Part shown: piece after piece, positions 9,290-15,905 of the stretch | Position numbering within the stretch: position 1 is the first letter of the stretch | Layout of the letters: every line of letters begins with the position of its first letter | Origin: Archangium sp. | GTDB lineage: Bacteria > Myxococcota > Myxococcia > Myxococcales > Myxococcaceae | DNA: 35,108 nucleotides | Assembly: GCA_031367385.1 (NCBI GenBank) | Contig: JANLPS010000418.1 | Coordinates: forward strand, 1-35,108 | Direction of reading: 5' to 3' | Position numbers and translations under genes: made by a program | Notes under the pieces: model-generated | What the model saw: only the letters and a program-made list of their open reading frames with translations | What the model was told of the DNA's origin: nothing | Database searches by the model: none

Positions 9290-9931
9290 TCAGCCCAGCG
9301 ATTCGCTGAAGTCCAGCGCGGCCAACGCACGCACCAGCGCAGTGACGCGGCCGAGCGGCACTCGCACGACCAGGTGCTTTCTGACGACGGTGGCTCTGGC
9401 TCCGGCACTTTTCGCGGCGTCGATCGCATCGATGGCAACTTGAGGCAGCGCGCTCGTGCGGCCGACGACCGTCGCGAGCGAGTCGCGGAGCTCCGCGAGC
9501 GTCACGTGCTCGAGCGCCCGCCCCTTCGTGCCCGGCCGGCGAATCTTGAGCCTGTCGAAGGCGATGCGGTCCTGGGGTCCTCCGCTCACTGCTTCGGCAT
9601 AGGCGATCGCGAGATTGAGCCGGCTTGCGCTGTACCGCTCGATGTCATCGGCGCTGGCGTACTTGGCGACGCGAAGGTTTCGGTAGACCGATTGCCTCGA
9701 CTCACCGAGCTCGCCTTTGAAAAAAGCGGCCTCGGTCGGGTACAGGCCAGCCAGATACAACGGTGGCCGGCCGGTGATGATCTTCTCGACCAATTGGTAC
9801 CGCTTGAGCCAACCACGCGCGCTCGACGGGTCAGTCGCCTTGAGTTGGCCGAGCGCCGACAGGTAGGCCGCCTTCAACTTGAGGTCGACCTTGATGACTG
9901 GAAGTTCGTTGTTCGTATGGAAGGGAGCCAT
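9290..9931 (-). CDS. Hypothetical basic helical protein, possibly DNA-binding (DUF3102-like)
   Basis: LYLAGLYPTEAAFFKGELGESRQSVYRNLRVAK resembles an HTH-like segment. Start uncertain: ATG 9931, TTG 9943, or GTG 9973 upstream of an in-frame TAG. Confidence 0.65.
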   Translation of the reverse strand: MAPFHTNNELPVIKVDLKLKAAYLSALGQLKATDPSSARGWLKRYQLVEKIITGRPPLYLAGLYPTEAAFFKGELGESRQSVYRNLRVAKYASADDIERYSASRLNLAIAYAEAVSGGPQDRIAFDRLKIRRPGTKGRALEHVTLAELRDSLATVVGRTSALPQVAIDAIDAAKSAGARATVVRKHLVVRVPLGRVTALVRALAALDFSESLG

Positions 9932-10010
9932 GGGTTGGGCCAAGGTTACCTATTTCTGGCTCACAATGGCCACGTTCTCGTTTTCTCCTCGAGAATCGAT
10001 CGACCGAGTG

Positions 10011-10053
10011 CGGTCAAAGTGAGGTTACAAAAACGCAACTCCAGAATCGGGCC
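10011..10053. repeat. Right arm of ~44-bp imperfect inverted repeat
   Basis: Reverse complement reads GGCCCGATTCTGGAGTTGCGTTTTTGTAACCTCACTTTGACCG; the core TTTTTGTAACCTCACTT is identical to the left arm. Confidence 0.85.
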
Positions 10054-10056
10054 ACC

Positions 10057-11007
10057 CTACAGGGTCACCCCGGCCCACCGCTCGGACGTCAGCCAGAGCC
10101 GCTCGGCAAAGTCAGGGTCGACCGCCCACGGCCGAACACCCCGCCGCTCGTTCGCATCGGGCGCCGCCACTTCGGCGATCTCACAGTCTTCGCAATACAC
10201 GCCGCCCAGGCCGTTGAGTGTTGGGCTGGTCGCGCACCAGACCGTGGTTGCCGCGCCCTGTGCGATGGTCTTTACACCCGCTGGTTCGCGCTGAGCGTTC
10301 GCGATCACCCGCTGCTGTTCGTCTTCGGGCATCGAGCGCATCAGCTCGGTCAGAATCGCGCCGGGGTGAACGGCGAAGGCGCGCACCTGCTGTGATTCAC
10401 CGCGCCGATCGAGCGCGACCGCAAACAGAATATTCGCGGTCTTCGACTGCCCGTAGGCCGCCCACTTGTCGTACTCGCGGCGCTCGAAATGCGGGTCTTC
10501 GAAGTCGACCCCCGAGCGAACGTGCCCCCGAGACGACAGCGCCACCACCCGCGCGCCCTTGGCCTTCAGCAACGCCGGCCAGAGCCTCACCGTGAGCTGA
10601 AAATGCCCGATGTGGTTCGTCGCCAACTGCCCCTCGAACCCACGCGCGTCTCTGAACAACGGAGTCGCCATGATGCCCGCGTTGTTGACCAGCAACTGAA
10701 CCGGGCGCCCGGAGGCATTGACCTTCGCGGCGAAGGCGTCAATCGAGGCCGGGTCTGCGAGCTCGAGCGCTTCAATCTCGACGCGCGGTAGCCCTGTCAG
10801 CGCGGCGCGCGCCTTCTCGAGCGTTCTCGCGGGCACGATCACCGTCGCTCCGGCGGCCGAGAGCACTCGGGTGGTCTCCAACCCCACTCCGGCGTACCCA
10901 CCGGTCACGATGGCGGTGACCCCGTCGAGCCGCTGCGAACCCAGCACTTCGCTGGCCGTCGTTTGCGACCCAAACCCCGACCCAATCGCAGCTTGTTTCG
11001 TCGTCAT
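10057..11007 (-). CDS. Short-chain dehydrogenase/reductase (retinol dehydrogenase/WWOX-like)
   Basis: TGGYAGVG Rossmann motif, LVNNAGIM, NHIGHF, catalytic YGQSK, VHPG. Confidence 0.93.
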   Translation of the reverse strand: MTTKQAAIGSGFGSQTTASEVLGSQRLDGVTAIVTGGYAGVGLETTRVLSAAGATVIVPARTLEKARAALTGLPRVEIEALELADPASIDAFAAKVNASGRPVQLLVNNAGIMATPLFRDARGFEGQLATNHIGHFQLTVRLWPALLKAKGARVVALSSRGHVRSGVDFEDPHFERREYDKWAAYGQSKTANILFAVALDRRGESQQVRAFAVHPGAILTELMRSMPEDEQQRVIANAQREPAGVKTIAQGAATTVWCATSPTLNGLGGVYCEDCEIAEVAAPDANERRGVRPWAVDPDFAERLWLTSERWAGVTL

Positions 11008-11711
11008 ATCGGTTGCCCCGCCAGAATCGCCGCCGGGTTGACACTGACCAGCTTCGTCAGCGTGCCCTTGCCTCCGTACTTGTCGAGCGCCTTGAGGCTG
11101 TCACCCACCCACGCCTCGGCCCCCACCGGAGAATGCAGATCGGTCGCCGCGATGCCGTACAAGCCGTCGTCGAGAAATTGCCGTGAGAGCCGCTGCGCGT
11201 TCTTGCCGTAGCGCCCATTGAGCGCGCCCATGTCGAGCTGCAGAATCGCTCCGAGCTGCACCGCCTCGGCCGCCCTGCCCTTCTTCTCGAACTCGAAGCA
11301 CCGCTCGGGGTGCGCGATCACCGGCGTCACGCCCTTGAGCTTCATGCGAAAAATATGGTCGGCCAGCGTCGGCAGCGGCGCCGTGTACGGAGCCTCGACC
11401 AACAGGTACTTCCCCGCCGCTCCAATGCGCCGGGTCAACGTCGCGAGCAGCGTCTCATCGAGAAAAAAATTCTCGGAGTTCACTTCGAGCGCCAAGGGTA
11501 CTCCGCGCTCGGCGAACACCGTGCGCACCTCGTCGAGCGTGCTCAGCGCCTTTTCACGCGACGCGTACTCGGGCCGATTGTGGGGGCTCGGCGCGACGGT
11601 CGAATACCCGAGCGAGACCAACACCCTCGCCATCTGAAGCGTCTCATCGAGGCTCTTGCAGCCATCGTCGATGCCCGGCAGCAGATGCAGGTGCAGGTCG
11701 ACGAAGCCCAT
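11004..11711 (-). CDS. PHP-family protein-tyrosine phosphatase (CpsB/YwqE/CapC-like)
   Basis: VDLHLHLLPGIDDG, PSPH, LLVE, IAHPER, ATDLH. ATGA overlap with the SDR start. Confidence 0.88.
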   Translation of the reverse strand: MGFVDLHLHLLPGIDDGCKSLDETLQMARVLVSLGYSTVAPSPHNRPEYASREKALSTLDEVRTVFAERGVPLALEVNSENFFLDETLLATLTRRIGAAGKYLLVEAPYTAPLPTLADHIFRMKLKGVTPVIAHPERCFEFEKKGRAAEAVQLGAILQLDMGALNGRYGKNAQRLSRQFLDDGLYGIAATDLHSPVGAEAWVGDSLKALDKYGGKGTLTKLVSVNPAAILAGQPI

Positions 11712-11717
11712 GTTGCC

Positions 11718-12293
11718 CTAGCGCCAGTCGGCGAAGACGCCAGCGGTGAACCCGCCGGTGTAGAAGCTCGCGGGAAAACGGGTCGACATGTCCCACGGGG
11801 CGCCGTAGCCGGCGTAGATGCCGACCACCAAATGCTTCGCCAACTTGAGCCCCGCCTGCGCGGTCGCCTCAGAATACGTCACGAAGCGGCTCTCGAAGTT
11901 GTACGGGTAGTCGGGCCGGTACGCCGCGCGGTACCAGAGCGGCCCGGTCATGATCGTAAAGCCCCAGTGAAAGAGCTCGCGGGTGCTGCGGTAGCCGAAG
12001 CCCAGCATTCCGACGTGTTGGTAGAGCGCCTGCATGCCCACCGGCAGCGAGATCGCCGTCGCCGTGCCCAATTGCAGCAAGATCACCAGGTGGTTTCGCG
12101 GTTGCTCGATGACCCCGACCTCCCAGGCGACGCGCACCCCGAGGCTGACGGCGTTGGGCGGGTTGAAGAAGAAGCCCACTGACGCAGTGCGTGGCACGTA
12201 GAACGGCACCGGGTGGGTTTCTCGGGTTGAAGTCTCGGGGCCCGAAATTTCGACGGCGAGCGCGCTCGCCAGTGCCAGCGCAAGCACGTGCAT
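11718..12293 (-). CDS. Hypothetical secreted protein, probable outer-membrane beta-barrel
   Basis: Signal peptide from ATG 12293 (MHVLALALASALA); aromatic-rich amphipathic strands ending GVFADWR. Confidence 0.65.
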   Translation of the reverse strand: MHVLALALASALAVEISGPETSTRETHPVPFYVPRTASVGFFFNPPNAVSLGVRVAWEVGVIEQPRNHLVILLQLGTATAISLPVGMQALYQHVGMLGFGYRSTRELFHWGFTIMTGPLWYRAAYRPDYPYNFESRFVTYSEATAQAGLKLAKHLVVGIYAGYGAPWDMSTRFPASFYTGGFTAGVFADWR

Positions 12294-12321
12294 GCCGTCG
12301 CTTTGGCCTTCAAACGATGCC

Positions 12322-12350
12322 TTGTCAACCGCAGGTATGGGTTCTACAAC
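12322..12350 (+). promoter_or_regulatory. Candidate sigma70-type promoter of the BMC operon
   Basis: TTGTCA-N17-TACAAC, about 40 nt upstream of the TTG start at 12390; AGGAG RBS at 12380-12384. Confidence 0.35.
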
Positions 12351-12389
12351 CGCCACACTTTTTCGGTCGAACCCCGCCCAGGAGCAGTC

Positions 12390-13031
12390 TTGTCCACGTC
12401 GCTTCGCGCCTACGTCTTCCTCGATTCACTCCAGCCGCAGCTCGCCGCTCACATCTGCACGACCTGCCGGGGCTATTTTCCCGTGCCGTACGTCGCGTCG
12501 TTGTTCGTGGAGATCGCGCCCGGCATGGCCATTCACCGCCTGATGGACGTCGCGCTCAAGGGCTCGAGCGTTCAGCCGGCCACGCTGGTGGTCGAGCGCG
12601 CCTACGGCATGCTCGAGCTGCACAGCGAAGACAAAGGCGAAGTGCGCAGCGGCGGCGAGGCGATTCTGAAGAGCATCGGCGTCAGCGAGAACGATCGCAT
12701 GAAGCCGAAGATCATCTCGAACACCGTCATTCGGGCGATCGAGCCGATGCACGCGATGATTCTCGACAAGATACGCTTCGGCTCGTTGATCGAGCCTGGC
12801 GAGTCGCTCTTCATTCTCGAGGTCGAGCCCGCTGCCTACGCCGCGCTCGCCGCCAACGAGGCTGAAAAGGCCGCGAAGGTGAAGCTGATTGACGTGACGA
12901 CGTTCGGCGCCTTTGGCCGGCTCTATTTGGCGGGCACCGAGTCTGAAATTGACTCGGCCGCGGCAGCCGCGCTCGACGCGATCAAAGCGGTCGCCGGTAA
13001 AGAAGCGCCGGCCTTGAGCAAAGAGAAGTAA
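12390..13031 (+). CDS. BMC shell trimer, stacked/gated BMC-T(dp) type (CcmP/CsoS1D; H. ochraceum BMC-T2-like)
   Basis: LRAYVFLDSLQPQLA, VEIAPG, VVERAYGMLELH, AANEAEKAA, FGAFGRLYLAG. TTG start after AGGAG. Confidence 0.93.
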   Translation: MSTSLRAYVFLDSLQPQLAAHICTTCRGYFPVPYVASLFVEIAPGMAIHRLMDVALKGSSVQPATLVVERAYGMLELHSEDKGEVRSGGEAILKSIGVSENDRMKPKIISNTVIRAIEPMHAMILDKIRFGSLIEPGESLFILEVEPAAYAALAANEAEKAAKVKLIDVTTFGAFGRLYLAGTESEIDSAAAAALDAIKAVAGKEAPALSKEK

Positions 13032-13069
13032 GCAAAAACGCAGCAATTACAAAAGAGGCATAGAACCCG

Positions 13070-13378
13070 ATGGCTGACGCACTGGGAATGATTGAGACCA
13101 AGGGCTTCGTGGGAATGGTCGAGGCCGCTGACGCCGCGGTCAAGGCCGCGAAGGTCGAGCTGGTTGGTTACGAGAAGATCGGCGGCGGGTACGTGACGAT
13201 GGTCGTTCGTGGCGACGTCGCCGCGGTCAAAGCGGCCATCGAAGCGGGTGCCCGTGGCGCAGAGCGTGTCGGCGAGCTCGTCTCGACCCACGTCATCCCC
13301 CGCCCGCATGTGAACATCGACATGATTCTGCCGCTCGGCCGCCTCGATCAGGCGAAGTCCGAGGGTGGTAACAAGTAA
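13070..13378 (+). CDS. BMC shell hexamer BMC-H (EutM/PduA/CcmK family)
   Basis: [44 protein letters not shown]. Confidence 0.97.
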   Translation: MADALGMIETKGFVGMVEAADAAVKAAKVELVGYEKIGGGYVTMVVRGDVAAVKAAIEAGARGAERVGELVSTHVIPRPHVNIDMILPLGRLDQAKSEGGNK

Positions 13379-13381
13379 GCC

Positions 13382-13669
13382 ATGCTCCTGGGCAAAGTCG
13401 TGGGCACCGTGGTGTCTACGCGCAAAGAGCCCACGCTCGATGGGTCGACGTTTCTGATCATTCGGGGCGTCGATCTCGAGGGTAAACCTACGTCGACGCT
13501 GGTGGTGGCGGTCGATGCCGTCGGCGCTGGCGTCGGTGAATGGGTACTCTACGCCTCGGGCTCGTCGGCTCGGCAGACCGAGATGACCAAAGACCGGCCG
13601 GTCGATGCCGTGGTGATGGCGATCGTCGATCAGGTCGAGGTCGGCGGGCAGTACAGCTACGTGAAGTGA
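13382..13669 (+). CDS. BMC vertex pentamer BMC-P (EutN/CcmL family)
   Basis: [43 protein letters not shown]. Confidence 0.97.
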   Translation: MLLGKVVGTVVSTRKEPTLDGSTFLIIRGVDLEGKPTSTLVVAVDAVGAGVGEWVLYASGSSARQTEMTKDRPVDAVVMAIVDQVEVGGQYSYVK

Positions 13670-13670
13670 A

Positions 13671-13719
13671 GTGGTTCGTGGTTCGTGGTTCGTGGTTCGT
13701 GGTTCGTGGTTCGTGGTTC
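13671..13719. repeat. Heptamer tandem repeat (GTGGTTC)7
   Basis: Seven exact copies read directly, starting 1 nt after the BMC-P stop. Confidence 0.95.
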
Positions 13720-13864
13720 GACAGGCTCACCATGAGAGCGGCCTATTTGGCCATGAGAGCGGGCCAATTTGGCCATGAGAGCGGGCCAATTTGGCCATGA
13801 GAGCGGGCCTATTTGGCCATGAGAGTTGGCCTTGAAGTAGAGCGTTCATCCTGAGCCCGTCGAA
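13717..13864. repeat. REP-like inverted pair enclosing a tandem repeat
   Basis: TTCGACAGGCTCACCATGA (13717-13735) and TCATCCTGAGCCCGTCGAA (13846-13864) are complementary at 16/19 positions. Resembles the dispersed TTCGACAxGCTCA / TGAGCxTGTCGAA palindrome family. Confidence 0.7.
13730..13825. repeat. 21-22-bp tandem repeat, about 4.4 copies of CCATGAGAGCGGGCC(A/T)ATTTGG
   Basis: Units start at 13730, 13751, 13773 and 13795, with a partial unit at 13817; no spacers. Confidence 0.93.
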
Positions 13865-13892
13865 GGACGTCCTCCCAACTCAATGGAAGCGC

Positions 13893-15329
13893 ATGAACGA
13901 GACGCAAATCAACGCCATCGTCGAGCAGGTCGTTCGCCGGCTCTCGACAGAGCTTGCGAAAACGCCGTCGATGTCATCATCTCCATCGGCGCCGGCCAAA
14001 GCCTCGCCTGCCTTCATCACCAAGCGCCCCGGCATCTTCGATGACCTCGACTCCGCCGGAGCCGCCGCCCAGCGCGCCCAAGCCCAGTGGGTAGGCACTC
14101 CGCTCGAGACCCAGCTCAAGGTCGTGCGCGCGATGCGCCAGCAGACCCGAGATCTCGCCGAAGAGCTCGCCCGAAAGGCCGTCGAAGAGACCGGCCTTGG
14201 CAACGTGCCCGACAAGATTCAGAAGAACCACCTGGTCGCGAACAAGACCCCGGGCCACGAGATTCTCAAGCCCATCGCCGACTCGGGTGACCACGGCCTG
14301 ATGATCACCGAGCGTGCCCCCTTCGGCGTCATCGGCGCCATCACCCCCTCGACCAACCCCACCGAGACGATCATCAACAACGCCATCGGCATGGTCGCTG
14401 GCGGCAATGCGGTCGTCTTCAACTGCCACCCCAGCGCCAAGGGCGTCGGCACCTTCTTCATCTCGAAGCTCAACGAGGCGATCACCGGCGCCGGAGGCCC
14501 CGCGAACCTGCTCTGCACGCTCGCCAACCCCAGCATCGAGACCGCCACCGCGCTGATGAAGCACCCGTCGAACCGGCTGCTCGTCGTCACCGGCGGGCCG
14601 GCGGTGGTGAAGGCCGCGATGAATTCAGGCAAGCGCGCGATCGCCGCAGGCCCGGGCAACCCGCCCGCGGTGGTCGACGAGACCGCCAACATCGCCGAGG
14701 CCGCGAAGAACATCGTGGCCGGCGCCTCGCTCGACAACAACATCGTCTGCATCGTCGAAAAAGAGATCTTCGTGGTGGCCTCGGTCGCCGACCAGCTCAA
14801 GGCAGAGATGCAGCGCAACGGCGGGTACGAAGTGCCTGCGTCGGCGATCAGCCGCCTCGAGAAATTGGTCATCAACGACGGGCACCCGCACCGCGATTGG
14901 GTCGGCAAAGACGCCACCAAGATCGCCGCCGCCGCCGGCTTGAACGTGCCCGCTGGCACCAAGCTGCTCTTCGCCGAGGTCGACCCCACCCACCCCTTCA
15001 TTCAGCTCGAGCTGCTGATGCCGGTGATTGGCCTCGCCCGCCTGCGCACCGTCGAAGACTGCATCACCGCCGCGGTTCAGGCCGAGCACGGCTTCGGTCA
15101 CACCGCGACCATGCACTCGAGCAACATCAACAACCTCTCGGCGATGGCGCGGGTCATCAACACCTCGATCTTCGTCAAGAACGGCCCCTCGTTCGCGGGC
15201 CTGGGCCTCGGCGGAGAAGGCTACACCAGCTTCACCATCGCCTCGCCCACCGGTGAGGGCCTCACGACCGCGGTCAGCTTCACCCGCGAGCGCCGTTGCA
15301 CGCTCAAAGACGCGTTTCGAATCATCTAA
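13893..15329 (+). CDS. BMC-encapsulated CoA-acylating aldehyde dehydrogenase (EutE/PduP family)
   Basis: N-terminal amphipathic encapsulation peptide MNETQINAIVEQVVRRL plus Ser/Pro linker. PFGVIGAITPSTNPTET, VTGGPAVV, GPGNPP, catalytic Cys in DNNIVCIVEKE, ELLMP, IASPTGEG. Confidence 0.95.
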   Translation: MNETQINAIVEQVVRRLSTELAKTPSMSSSPSAPAKASPAFITKRPGIFDDLDSAGAAAQRAQAQWVGTPLETQLKVVRAMRQQTRDLAEELARKAVEETGLGNVPDKIQKNHLVANKTPGHEILKPIADSGDHGLMITERAPFGVIGAITPSTNPTETIINNAIGMVAGGNAVVFNCHPSAKGVGTFFISKLNEAITGAGGPANLLCTLANPSIETATALMKHPSNRLLVVTGGPAVVKAAMNSGKRAIAAGPGNPPAVVDETANIAEAAKNIVAGASLDNNIVCIVEKEIFVVASVADQLKAEMQRNGGYEVPASAISRLEKLVINDGHPHRDWVGKDATKIAAAAGLNVPAGTKLLFAEVDPTHPFIQLELLMPVIGLARLRTVEDCITAAVQAEHGFGHTATMHSSNINNLSAMARVINTSIFVKNGPSFAGLGLGGEGYTSFTIASPTGEGLTTAVSFTRERRCTLKDAFRII

Positions 15330-15905
15330 ATGAACTACCCCGGGCCAGCGCTTGGCTTGTTCGAGCTCGAGTCGCTCGCCCGCGGCATCGTGGTCGCCGA
15401 CGCGCTCGTGAAGAAAGCCGACGTGCGCATCGCGATGGCCGAGGCCGTCACCCCCGGCAAATACCTGCTGATCTTCTCGGGCCCGGTCGCCGAGGTCGAT
15501 GAATCATTTCGCGAAGGCCTCGCGGTCGCCGGCAAGGTGCTGATCGACTCGCTCTTCTTGCCGCAGGTCTCGCCCAGCCTGGTGCGCGCCATCGAAGGCA
15601 GCTTCGGCGCCGCCGCGAACGATGACTCGGTCGGCATCGTCGAGACCCACACCGTCGGGTCGACCCTGCTGGCGGCTGACACGGCGATCAAGCGCGCGCA
15701 GGTGGTGCTCACCCACCTCCAGCTCGCCAAGGGCATCGGCGGCAAGGGCTGGTTCATGCTGGCGGGCGCGCAACACGATGTCGAAGCGGCCCTCGATGGT
15801 GCGGCCGCGGCGATCAACGCTTCGTTGTTGGTGACGACTGAGCTCATTCACCGCCCGCATGTCGACTTGCGCGGGTCGGTGCTCAAGGGAGGTTTGACCA
15901 AGTGA
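15330..15905 (+). CDS. BMC shell trimer, single-layer BMC-T(s) type (PduT/H. ochraceum BMC-T1-like)
   Basis: ALGLFELESLARGIVVADALVKKA, PGKYLL; second domain SVGIVET...AADTAIKRA...GIGGKG...IHRPH. Confidence 0.92.
   Translation: MNYPGPALGLFELESLARGIVVADALVKKADVRIAMAEAVTPGKYLLIFSGPVAEVDESFREGLAVAGKVLIDSLFLPQVSPSLVRAIEGSFGAAANDDSVGIVETHTVGSTLLAADTAIKRAQVVLTHLQLAKGIGGKGWFMLAGAQHDVEAALDGAAAAINASLLVTTELIHRPHVDLRGSVLKGGLTK

Noticed and set aside
9190..10065. Classical IS element with target-site duplication
   Set aside because: No direct repeat flanks the arms and no DDE motif is visible; kept only as an unclassified cassette.
9374..10294. 306-aa plus-strand ORF as a transposase for the IR-flanked unit
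   Set aside because: It is an antisense shadow of two minus-strand genes, crosses the right repeat, and has no catalytic motifs.
13488..13800. Small ORFs with repeated peptides (NHEPRTT, WFVVRGS)
   Set aside because: They are translations of the heptamer repeat and overlap BMC-P; there is no evidence they are coding.
13730..13825. Possible CRISPR array
   Set aside because: Units are head-to-tail with no unique spacers, and no cas genes are in the window.
12390..15905. Carboxysome, or canonical eut/pdu operon
   Set aside because: No RuBisCO, carbonic anhydrase, EutBC or PduCDE, so eut/pdu/ccm gene symbols were withheld.
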